A stretch of DNA of 64,000 nt from the human T2T-CHM13v2.0 reference genome, Homo sapiens: the NCBI RefSeq assembly GCF_009914755.1, contig NC_060925.1. One strand, written 5' to 3'. The position numbers and the translations under genes were made by a program. How positions within the stretch are numbered: position 1 is the first letter of the stretch; every line of letters starts with the position of its first letter. Below the pieces are notes generated by a model. That model worked only from the letters and a program-made list of their open reading frames with translations, was not told the DNA's origin and searched no databases. Below are positions 26,966-39,105 of the stretch, in pieces.

Positions 26966-28727
26966 GCCTCGGGCATGAAAAAGAGGTACAGCCTTGTAGG
27001 GGGATTCCTTCCAGGAATCCAGCATCAAGAATGCTCCCGTGTGACTGTCTTTTCCCAATGCAGTCTGGAAAAAAGCATGAAGGGCTCGTGCGTTTTTGCC
27101 TCCTCCACCAACAGCTAAGAGATAACACTTGTTGGGTTAATGTTCTTGCATCCAGGCAATATTCTGACTATGTGGGAAGAGGAATGTGGGTGGGCAGGGG
27201 ATTTGTGACAAGGAGAGAATGGCATAGTAGGTACCAATGCTCCTATATGACTCCATGCCAGTACATTTAGCATATTTCTGAAAAAAGAAAGAAATGGGGC
27301 ACGCCATCAGGTAATGGATCCAATGCCCAGATGAACTGAGGTGTGGCAATTTCCCCCAGTCAGGAGCTTACTTCAGAATAATGTTGCTTTGACGTGAAGC
27401 TGTAAGGACATTGGATGAAAACAATCCAGAACCTGCTTATCTTTCAGCATGAAAGACATTTGTGTGTTTTCTGAGTCATCTGAAACACAGAGTGTAGGAT
27501 TTTCCTGATGGATAAGGAAACCTGATGTACTCATTTATTATAACAATGAGATCATTGGAAGACCCATAAAACTGAAGTCTGCTATCCAAGTTCAGATCTA
27601 GTTTGTTGTTCAGATAATGGTTCCAAGCTTATTTAACAAGCCAGTTTTGACAAGTTGAATTTTTTATAGGATGTTTGTTTAATTGTAGCATGGCCATCCT
27701 ATCACAACAGTATTTTCAACTATGCAGAGAAAACCAAAGTCAAAAGGATTTTTCACAGTGAGATTTACACGTCCTTCAAATGAAAACTCTCTGAGTCATA
27801 TTTTAGCCAGTCATATTTTAATTTTCAATAAAGGAAAAGACTCCAAAATATCCATAGGTGTTTCTAAAAGCCACATCAGAAAAGGAGAAAAAAAAATGGG
27901 GTAGAAGAAATTACACATAGGCTGATATCTTTAAGAGAGCTCAAGATTATTGAAAATCTGATTACATATATAACAAACGTTTCAACTTGTTTCACCCAGA
28001 TGAGGTGGCAGAATAGAATGAATATTACATAGGCAGACAATTCTCAAGGGAAGTCTCTGAAAATTTTTTAGAAGTTTATAGGTGAATGCCATTTTCATCG
28101 CTTTCTACTGCAATATGAAGTATGCAGGCTTTAGAGCCATGCTGACTGCAGTCCAAAACCCTTCTGGAGCTTCACTGAACCTCATAACTTTTCTAAGCCT
28201 CATGTCCACTTGTAAACAAGCAGATAATACGTGTTATATAAAGTTTTTTGATGCCTAAAGAAGGTATTTTTAAAACTTAACAAAATACTTGAGTTGGAAT
28301 AGAAGCTATTATTATAACACTATTATTCCTAATATCTTTATGACACCTCATTTAGACAACTGGATATCTGCTTTTCCAGGATTTGAATCTCCAATTTATT
28401 CCCCCCATCACGCTATATTTTTACCTATTTTTTGAGATATATACAGGTGGGAGAGGGGAGATGAAGGGATAATGTCTAATTTTTTCACATTTATTGGAAT
28501 CACATTAACAATTTGCTTATTAATAATTATGCATTCTGAACAACACATATGTTTAGTCTAGGAAAAAGGGTACAAGTTGATTTCCATAAGCATCAAATCA
28601 CAAATAATAACTGAACACAATCTACTCTCATATGCATTGATTTTTTTTGCCAGTTTGAGAAAACATCCATCAGCTCTTTTTAGGACCCTCTGCAAAAAGA
28701 CTCTTAACATTTTAAAAAGGCATAGTA

Positions 28728-29025
<298 letters not shown>

Positions 29026-29419
29026 GTAGACAGATAATAAAGGAATGAGACTTCATTAATTAGTTTTAAAGAAGTACTCAGGGTGATTGAGATGACATTC
29101 CATTATGTTCCCCTGATTAGGATGGGCCTGGCAGTTTGATTCATAGAACACTATGTAGAAAGTATCTTTTCCTTTGGCATGAAATTAGTTAAACTGGCAT
29201 GTAAACACATGCAATTAATATCTTCCCTGTCTACCCTGTGCCAGTAACTTAAAAAAATAAAAATAAAGAGAGAAAGGCAATAATTAATCTATAAAGAAAA
29301 AGACAATAGTACATAAAAGATTTAAAGATATATTTGAAAATTGGAAAACAGTAAATGAAAATAGGTAAAAATCTAAATAAGGTAAATCTAAGCACTTACT
29401 ATCAAGGAAACAATAAGTG

Positions 29420-31555
29420 AGTTAATTCACCCTGTAAAACCCAGAAAGGCTCAGAACTGGAGGACTTGGTTTCAGAAGAAAGTGGAGTTCAGGAGAAGGT
29501 TTGGAACCAAGTTTCTCCCTCCACTGCATGCAGCCAAGCAACTACTATAGAACCACCCTCCCCAACACACACACACACACAGCAGGTGAGACTGGAGAAG
29601 GCTCTTTCTCTCCAAAAACCAAACAGGGGAGAAGTCTAGGAAGAATGAAAAGTGTCTCGCCTCAATCATACCCTCTCACCTGCTCCCAGGATGCCAATTG
29701 TCAAACTTATGCTGGTCCCTCCACACCCACCGTCATGCTCCATAACTGACAGAAATTAGATTTTTTCTTTTTTTCTGAACGGCCACTGAAAAATGTCTCT
29801 AGATAAGTATTTGAGATCCTCAATGGAAAGGGGACGTCATCCCCACAGACCCTGCAGTGATCCCTGAGAATCAGCACCTCTGCTCATAGGTACAGTAGTT
29901 CCAGCAGTATTTTAGCCACTCTCTCTTACATGCACTTGGACAGAGAAGAATGACCAGACATTAGAGGAAAATGTGCAACATGAGCATGGAGACCAAACCC
30001 CATAAAACAAACAAACAACTAGACACAGAGGACTTAGATGAATCAGAGTCAGTGCAGACATTGAAAGAAACTTTTCGAAAATCATAATGTCCTCAAAGAT
30101 ACACAGGGAAACAAGTCTGTAATATAGATAACAGTTACCATGAGAAAGGATCAGAAGCAAATAGGAACTCCTGTCTATAAAAAATATAAAAAGTAAAATA
30201 CAAGCATTAAATAGAAAATTGTAAGATAGGGCCAAGCAACTCTCAAAAGTAGAACAAAAATTAAAGAAGAGAGAAATGGGAGGGAAAAAGATAAGAAAAA
30301 ATATATCATAGATCTTGTGAGCTCTCCAGCTACTAATTAGGAGTTCCAGAAAGAAAAGAGAGAAAATGAAGGGGGGATATTATTGAATAAGTAATTTAAG
30401 ACATTTTCAGACTGAAAGACATGTGTCTTCCCATTGAAAGGACAATGGAGCACCTAGCACAATGAATGACAAAAAAAAAAAAAAAATTCCAGGTAGGTTA
30501 TGGTAAAATATAGAATACTTGAAATCAAGAAAAGCTCCTAGAAGCTTCCAAAGGGGAGGGGGATAACACAGTCAAATACAAAACAATGGTCTTGAATTTC
30601 TTAACAGCAACTGAATCTTAGAAGACAGTGGAACAAAGCGTGAAAAATTCTGAGTGACAGTGATTTTCAACTGAGAATTCTATTTTTTTTCCAAAAAAAA
30701 TCAAATATAAGGGTAATGCATTTTTTATTTAAAATAATTTTGTCATGTCAGAAATATAAGTGCTTTAGAAAACAACATAGTAAACCAACAAAGAAAATGC
30801 AAAAATTGTTGTCTATCTTATGAGAGATGAAGGGAAGGTTCATGATTACAGCAGAGTGTGTAGTAGGTCTAGAGAATTATCCACCATAAAGGAATGAAAG
30901 TTGTCATTCTAGGATGAAATTATCCATCCTTTTCTTGGTGGGGCTCTAAGAAAGAGAGAAGTGGGGGCTGAAGAGATGAAATGAATGTGTTTGAGTGAAT
31001 GGATTATTGATAGGCCTATGGCAGACATGATGAAATGTTTGGAAAATAATTACTACAAGGCAGCACAGAGTGTTGGAGTGATTTCTCCAGGGCCACACAT
31101 CTAGTAAACAATGGATCTGGGCTTATAATCTAGCTCCATATTTGGTGCTCTTATCCGGCACCCAGTAGGACTTTTCAAGCACGTGACAACAGGGCATGTT
31201 CTTTGCCATGTCATTTATGATGTATCTTTGATTATAATATAGTAAAAAGAAAATCCGGGTGTAACTTTATTGAGAGGTACTGTTTGGGATGGGGGCAAAG
31301 AAACAAATCTTCATCATCCATGCCTAGAATTATCGATGAAGAAATAGCAGTGCATGCATATGATTCACAAACGTGGAGCTAAGTACAAAGGAGAAGCAGA
31401 GCAGTTTAGCGTATTTGCCTCTGGGGAGCAGGACCCAGGTGTGGAAAGGGATGGAAAGTGGAAAAATCTATTTTTCCTCATAAGCTGTTTCGTGCTAGTT
31501 GAAATTTAAATTCTACCCTCATCACTCTGGCTAAAATAAAATTAATAATATAATA
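29420..31555 (+). mobile_element. HAL1 / very old L1 ORF1-type relic (with a short MIR-like insert near 31060-31160)
   Basis: A-rich ORF1-like text ('ggagttccagaaagaaaagagagaaaatgaagggggg', 'aaagctcctagaagcttcca', 'caactgagaattcta') and an old-LINE 3' end ('ttgcctctggggagcagg...aaaataaaatt'). Confidence 0.6.
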
Positions 31556-31896
31556 TTTTAAAATTAAAGCACAGCATTTTTAAAAGAGATATCATAGTGA
31601 CTGACAATTGCCTGTATAGCCTTTGGGCAGAGGAAAGGCAAAAAAAAATTTATTAGGAACCATAGAAGCATTCAAGTGTTAGGTCACTGTAAGCATTCCT
31701 GCCATTTTTAACTAAAAAGATTGTATTGCTGCATTTGTGATCTGTGGGTAGAGACTTAGTCATTGAGTCAAGGCCTTGTACAGATCAGTTTGATCTTGTT
31801 CATATCAGAAGAGGGAGGAAGCAGTGGGTAATGTAGATGTTCTATGCCTGGGCACTAGTCAGGCATTTGAGACTCAGAATGAAATTGTTCTTATGG

Positions 31897-32246
31897 TGAT
31901 ATGGTTTGGCTCTGTGTTCCCACCCAAATCTCATCTCAAATTGTAATTCCCACGTATGGAGGGAGGGAGGTGATTGAATCATGGGGATGGTTCCCTCCAT
32001 GCTATGTGCATGATAGTGAGTAAGTTCTCAGGAGATCTGATGATTTTGTAAGGCAGTTCTCCCTGCTCTTTCTCCTCTCTCTCCTTCTGCCATGTAAGAC
32101 ATGCCTTGCTTCCTCTTCTGCCATGATTATAAGTTTCCTGAGGCATCCCCAGCCATGCAGAACTGTGAGTCAATAAAACTTCTTTCCTCTATAAATTACC
32201 AGTCTTGGGTAGTATCTTTATAGCAGTGTGAAAACAGACTAATACA
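31897..32246 (+). mobile_element. THE1D-like MaLR solo LTR
   Basis: TGATATGGTTTGGCTCTGTG...GACTAATACA; TSD TATGG/CATGG. Confidence 0.9.
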
Positions 32247-32354
32247 CATGGCTTAATGAGCAAAAGTCCTGATCACCAGAATCATTAGAGATCAAACAAT
32301 CCCAGAGGAGCACTCTGCCTCATTCATCGTATTCAGAAGAATGAATAATAAGTA

Positions 32355-32540
32355 ACGCAAAGGAAAAATGCTTGAGGTGATGGATACCCCATTTGTCCTG
32401 ATGTGATTATTACACATTACATGCCTGTATCAAAATATTTCATGTAACGCAATAATATATACACCTACTATGTACCTACAAAAAGTAAAAAATAAATACA
32501 CAAGAAAATATTAAATGGATTCTCATAGTAAATTAAAAAA
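32355..32540 (+). mobile_element. Very short 5'-truncated L1MA 3' end
   Basis: 'tgcttgaggtgatggatacccc...tatacacctactatgtacc' plus A-tail; flanking repeat aagaatgaataataagta / aagaaagaataagaagta. Confidence 0.8.
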
Positions 32541-32569
32541 AGAAAGAATAAGAAGTAGCAGCAACTATA

Positions 32570-32770
32570 CATATGCTACATATATGCCAAGCACTGTTCT
32601 GTGTGCTTTTTATGTATTAACTAATTTAATTTCACAACAACTCTATGATGTAGGGACTACTGTTACTGTCTTTATTTTAAAGATGCAGAAACTGATATCA
32701 AAGAGATGTTAAAGACCTTCCCATGGTCCACAGGAGAGTTGGGGCTGGCTCCCAGGCCAAGCTCGTAACC
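32570..32770 (-). mobile_element. MIR
   Basis: 'tatatgccaagcactgttct...cacaacaactctatgatgtaggg...attttaaagatgcagaaactga'. Confidence 0.7.
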
Positions 32771-33404
32771 TTTCCCTGCCTCCATTCCCCAACTCTCCTC
32801 TGTGCCACTGCACTGGTGGTGAGACAATGACAACAGAAAGCAAATTGGATTGAATCCTCTATAAAGAAAACTAATGCATTTGAATATGAATTTTAACCCA
32901 GGTAGTGATCAACCAAGAGAAAAAAATGGCCCACTGAAAATACTAACATGAAATTAATGGTAATAACACTTCAAAATTATACAGTGGTAGTGTCTACACA
33001 GTTAAGAAGGCAAGCAAGACTAAAATTATTATGTGGAAAATTCAGATTAAAGAACTCACCACAAAATTAGTGGAAAATTATTTAAAAATATTTGTCATGA
33101 GTAAGTCTTCAGTTGTAGGTTTTCCTTAAGGAAAAGAAATCAACTTTATCGATAAAGCACTTTTCTCATCTTCATCTTTAAACATACAAACGAAATCAGA
33201 ATTAAAGTAAAGATTAGCTGAAAAACTTACTGTTTTGACTAATGAAAATTTCATTGGTGAAGGAGATGGACTGCTGTATAATACAATGTTAATTGAAAGC
33301 ACTCATAAAACACTAATTGCACTGGAAATAAATGAGAGGTGCTTCACATGTGTTTATATCACTAGAGGGACACTAGCACAGGGTAACATTTAAAATATCT
33401 AACA

Positions 33405-33853
33405 CATATTCACAATAGCCAAAGGTCGAAACAGCCCAATTGTCCATCAACAAATGAATAAAGTGTTATATCTGTGCAATGGAATATTATACAGTCACAA
33501 AAAGGAATCGAGTACTGACGTATAGCTACCACATGGATGAACCTTGAAAACACTATATTAAGCGAAAAATGCTAGACATGAAAGGCCACATATTGTATGA
33601 TTCCATTTATGTGAAACGTCCAGAATAGGCAAATCCAGAGAAACATAGTAGATCAGTCGTTGCCTTAGGGTCTGAGGGGAGGTAGGAATGGAAGATGAAT
33701 GCTAATTGGCATAAGGTTTTCTTTTAGGGGCAATGAAATTGTTTTGAAGCTAGATAGAGGTGGTGGTTGCACAAGTGAGAGAAAGTACTAAATATCACTG
33801 AATTGTGCACTTTAAAATGGTCAATTTTACATTGTAATATGTGAATTTCATCT
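33405..33853 (+). mobile_element. L1MB 3' end
   Basis: 'catggatgaaccttgaaaacact...gaataggcaaatcc...gatagaggtggtggttgcac...cactttaaaatgg'. Confidence 0.85.
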
Positions 33854-33884
33854 TTTTCTCCTTCCCTTCTCACATATATTTGTG

Positions 33885-33985
33885 TATACACACACAAACA
33901 CATTACTCAGAGATAGAAATTAGAGACAGAGATAGAGATAGAGATAGAAATAGAAATAGAGCTAGAGATATACACACACACATAC
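33885..33985. repeat. (CA)n and (GAGATA)n simple repeats
   Basis: Direct reading. Confidence 0.8.
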
Positions 33986-35351
33986 AAAACAACCAGCCGC
34001 AGTGCATTTGGAGGGCTGCAGGTCCCACAGGCAAGCAGATAACTGAAGCTCTTGGGGACTAAATGGCCACCAGGTACTGGCCCTCTAGAGTTCCAGGGAT
34101 GCAGACTCTCCCACTGGGGAGCAGAGATATGGGGATGGTGCATGACAGTTGCAATAGGCTGGCTAGTGGCTTCCTTAAAGTGACAAACTAGGGGGTTCCT
34201 AGGGCCATGAGATCATTTGGGGACTAGAAGCAGGAGCTATTTACTAATTGGCAAGTTACTATTTTAATATTAAACAACAAGCACAATATTGATGAATTTC
34301 AGTCCTGATTGGAACCAAGCTCAGTTTAAAATTTCAAAACAAACAATCTATCATCCTTGCTCGTATGATATGAAAACAAGCACAATTTCATAGCAATAGC
34401 TATCCCTGGCTTGCAGAGGGGAGGTCAGTCAAGGTCACTAAGAAAAAAAATAAAGATGCTTTCCTTTAAAATGCTTTCTCTCTGAATTTTGCAGCATCCT
34501 TATGTAAAATGCATTCTAGCAAATTAGGAGTCTCCTTCCCTGAATGAAAACAGAAGCTGCCAGGCCTCCTAGGCACAGGCTGAGAGTGGGACAGTGTCAC
34601 TGCTGCTGCATCCCACTGGTCAGAAGAAGTTACATGACACTCATCTCCTCAAGAGCTCCATCAGAAATTCTGAAAAACATACTTGACTTCTTCTGCACAG
34701 CCAGCTTCAGCTCCACGAAAACAGCCTTTGGCTTTTGCTCCATAAGATTTGCCTGTTCTCCTCTGTATGGTGACAGTTGCAACTCATGATCTTGATTTTC
34801 ATGGCCCATCATCTCTGCTTTTTGACAGTTTCCTGTAATGGTTTGCTTTCACTTTTTTCCATTCACATTTTTACTTCTTCCTTGAAAAAATCTGCATGGA
34901 ATTGAAGCTAGGGAATGGTATGGAAGGAGGACACACAATGAGAGAAAAACACACTTTGTCATCTTTCCAGTTGAATGGCAGGATGGAGTAACAATAACAC
35001 ATCTACCATGCATTTACTCAGCTAGGTTAGTTCATCATTTTGCTCCTTGAGGTATCGGTTTGGGTTTTTTAACTCAGAATCTCTGTAGAGATGATATTGG
35101 CCTCAATCTGATACCTCTAAAACCAAAACAATCCTCTTTTTATCCGAATGCAGGAAGAGGTGAGGAAGAATGACAAGGACTTGCTGCCCAGACTTCTTAG
35201 TCCCGCCAATACGTAAATAATTTAGCAATGTATTTAACAGAGAGATAACCTGTCTACAGAAAATGCTTTAAGAATGATTTCCATTGCTACCCCAAGCTAC
35301 CCTTATGCCAGTGCAATTAGGTCCCAGGTAGGATTTGAAAAATCATATTTT

Positions 35352-36786
35352 CCTCACCAAAAAAGATATATGGATGGCAAATAAGCAAATGACAAGTTGC
35401 TCCACAGTGTGTATCTTCAGGGATATGCAAATTGAAACAACAATGAGATACCTATTAGAATAGCCTACACACCTATTAGACACTTACACATCTATTAGAC
35501 GCCTACACATCTATGAGAATGGCCCAAATCCAGATCACCAACAGAGCACCAAACACTGATGAGAATGTGGAACAACAGGAAGTCTCATTCGTCACTGGGA
35601 AGGCAAAATGGAGGAGCTACTTTGGAAGAAATTTGGAAAGTTTCTTACCAAACTAAACATATTCCTTACCATGTGATATAGTTTAGCTCTGTGTCCTCAC
35701 CCAAATCTCGTGTCGAACTGTCATCCTCACTTGATGGAGGGGCCTGGTGGGAGGTGCTTGAATCACGTGGGTGGACTTCCCCATTGCTGTTTTTGTGATA
35801 GAGTTCTCACAAGATCTGGTTGTCTGAAAATGTGTAGCACTTCCCCCTTCACTCTTTCTCTCTCCTGCTCCACCATGGTAAGACATGCTTGCTTCCCCTT
35901 TGCCTTCTGCCATGATTGTAAGTTTCCTGAGGCCTCCCAGCCATGCTTCTTGTACAGTCTGTGGAACTGTGAGTCAGTTAAACCTCTTTTCTCCATAAAT
36001 TACCCAGTCTCAGGTAGTTCTTTATAGCAGTGTGAGAACGGGCTAATACACTATAAAATCCAGCGATCACACCTTGGTATTTACCCAAAGAAGTTAAAAA
36101 TTTGTATCCACATGGAAACCTACACAGGAAAGTTTATAGCAGCTTTATTTATAATTGCCAAAATTTAGAAGCAACCAAGATGTTCTTCAGTAGGTGAATG
36201 GTTAAAGAAACTGTGGTATGTTCAGACAATGCAATATAAGTCAGTGCTAAAAGGAAATGAGCTATCAGGCCATAGAAAAGCACAAAGGAAACTTAAGTGC
36301 ATATTTTACTAAGTGAAAGAAGCCAATCTGAAAAGGCCATATGATGTACTCCAAATATATGACATTCTGGAAAAGGTAAAACTATGGAATCAGTTAAAAG
36401 AAAAAGATCAGTGACTGCCAGGGTTTGAGGCGTGGGATAATTTATCTACAGAAAATTTTCAGGGCAGTGAAAATTTTCACGGAAGCACAGAAGATTTTCA
36501 GGGCAGTGAAAACACTCTGTATAATGCTATATTGATGAATACATATTATTATACATTTACCTAAACCCATAGGATATACAACACTAAGCATGAATCTTAA
36601 GGGAAACTATGGACTTTGGGTGATATTGATGTGCCAATGTCGTTTCATCGACTGTAACAAATGCACCACTCTGGTGGGAGATGTTGACAATGGGGAAGGC
36701 TGACCATATGTGGAGACAAGAGTATATAAGAAATCTCTGTATCTTCTTCTCAATGTTGCCATAAACTTAAAACTGCTCTTAAAAAA
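35352..36786 (+). mobile_element. L1MC1-like 3' region, interrupted by a MaLR LTR
   Basis: ORF2 C-terminal text ('gcaaattgaaacaacaatgagatacc') and L1MC 3'UTR ('aactatggactttgggtgat...aaatgcaccactctggtgggagatgttg...aaaactgctcttaaaaaa'). Confidence 0.85.
35674..36050 (+). mobile_element. MSTA/THE1D-type MaLR solo LTR
   Basis: TGATATAGTTTAGCTCTGTGTC...GGCTAATACA inserted in L1MC. Confidence 0.9.
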
Positions 36787-38235
36787 CTTGTCTTACATGT
36801 TTTAAAATTGTACTTTAACTTGTGAGAATTGTGGTAGAAGTACGCTTTAAAATTAATTCATGCCTCTAAAATATTGCATTTGTCATAAAATGTCATTAGG
36901 CACGCTCTCATTTAAATCATCTTGCTCGAATTTGGTCAGGAAATGTTACCGTCTTAATACATCTGGATGATAAACATAGGCTCCTTTCCTTCTAGGGAGG
37001 CCATGCAGAAATGTGCTGGCACAAGTTACCTCTTGTTTTGTTTTTTTTTTTTTTTTTGCCTTTGGAAATTTCTTTGGAGGCACAGGACCCGAGGATGTGT
37101 AACTGAGATACATTTCTAAGGGCCCAAGGTTAGAGAGAAAAAGGAGGCGGCAGAGAAAAATTTGATAAGTATCAGAGTACATGCTATGCTTAATGCCGAA
37201 ACCTGATCATTACTTAGTCTGTCCACCTCCCAATCATCGTGATCTGAGAACCAAGGAAGCCCGTGAGAGCTGTAGTGAGATCAAATGAGGGGATGCATGT
37301 GAAATGATTTTGTAAATTGTGAAGTGCTGTATATTTATATTCTTCTCACAGAATGGAGGCTCTGTGGGGAGTTTTTATTAGGTACTATGGGAAGAGAATA
37401 TGAAAGAAATCGAATTCACAATCCTTGTGCCTAATGATCTTACAGATTAATAGCAGACAGAACATGGCAAGAGAGCTATTGTGAGAAAATAATATACCAC
37501 ACACATAAAAATCTATAATACAAGCCAATAGGCTGTAGAGTGTGGGCATGCAGAAAAAAGTATGGTTTTCAGTGAAGACTCTGCTTCAAGTAGAAAATTA
37601 CTCTCAGTCTTTTCACCCACATTCTGTTTTAGATGTTTTTCTTTTTCATGAGCTGCTGGTATTGTCAAACACTTTCAAGCATATTGTTTTAGTTAATGCC
37701 CACAATTGCTCGCGCCATCCTCATTTTATAAATTAAGAAACCACAGTTCAGAAAAGTTAAATAAATATTTCAAAGATGACATAATTAAGTGACCAAATTT
37801 GGGTTTAAATCCAAGCAGATCTCTCTGATATTAATGCCCCTTGGCCACCCTACCTTTTTCATCAGAGAAACACATTAGTTATCCCTTCCTTAATTGAATG
37901 AGAATTAGTGTCTAATGGCCAATCCTACTGATCCACAATCCTCTAAATCCAGATAACCTGGGGCTCAGTGAGAGCTGCAGGTAAGCAGCAAAATCCTGGA
38001 GGTTTGGCTCTGCCTTTCTAATGCCAGGAGACTGAGAAATGTCAGCCTTGGAGAAACAACAGGTCACCTAGGTGCTCTTGCTAAGACCCATCAGAATGCT
38101 CAGGTGTGATGTCTTGGTTTCATGCTGCAAATAAATAAGTAAATAAATGGACATGATTGTGGCTCTATTGTGCTGTGTCATTCTTAGGCATAGTTGGTTT
38201 CTCCTGCTAGTGTGCTTCCATGTCTTCCATCTCAC

Positions 38236-38758
38236 TGTTAGAGGCATTCGAACCAGAGGAACTCCATCTTGAGTGAGGGCTAGGAAAAATGAGGCTGAGA
38301 CTTTCTGGGCTGCATTCCCAGGACGTTAGTTATTCCTAGCCCCTCTACATGTTTAGGTTTAAAAGAACAGATTGATAACATTTACTAAACAGACCCAGAC
38401 TTCCAACATCTTGAGAAGCATTTCTAATTTTGCTTTAAAAATAATAATATTGATTTTTACAAAATACAGTGATTAAGAAAAGTAACCCTTTATCACAAAC
38501 CCTTATAGCAGAGCACATCTCCCTATGATATGTTGTTGTTGTTGTTATCCTATATATAAACAAGTATTGTACCTAGAGTGGGAGCATTCCTCCTCTTACT
38601 TTCGGGAATGCCCTTCTCTGTCTGCGGAATAGCTATTCTTTCACCACTTTACTTTCTTAATAAACTCGCTTTCATTTTGCACTGTGGACTCGCCCCAAAT
38701 TCTTTCTTGAGCGACATCCAAGAACCCTCTCTTGCAGTCTGGATTGGGACCCCTAACA
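38236..38758 (+). mobile_element. MER41-family solo LTR (ERV1)
   Basis: TGTTAGAGGCATTCGAACCAGAGGAACTCCATCTTGA...CTGGGCTGCATTCCCAG; TATA-like 'tatatataaa' near 38551, AATAAA near 38659, ends GGACCCCTAACA; flanks tcac/taac. Confidence 0.85.
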
Positions 38759-38864
38759 TAACTTGTGACCATACCCAAATGCACTATCTTTATATTCTGT
38801 ACATGCACATTACACATGGCAGGTATTCACAAAGTTTTGTTGAATATACTCTATTCACAGACCA

Positions 38865-39105
38865 GCCTGGTGTAGGAGGTAAGCACAGTTTATGGTCATG
38901 GAAAACCTGAGATCAAATCCTATATCTACTATTACTGGCTGTAAAATCTCAATCAAGTTACTTAGTATCATTCTGTCAGTTCTCTTGTTTGTAATATAGG
39001 GAATTAATAGCACCCACTTCAAGGATTGTTAACCAACGCTTGAGTAAGCTTCTATAAAGTGCCTAAAATAACACTTGGTATATAGCAAGTATCAAATAAC
39101 TCTAA
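38865..39105 (+). mobile_element. MIR
   Basis: 'caaatcctatatctactattactggctgt...caagttacttag...gtgcctaaaataacacttggtatatagcaag'. Confidence 0.65.
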
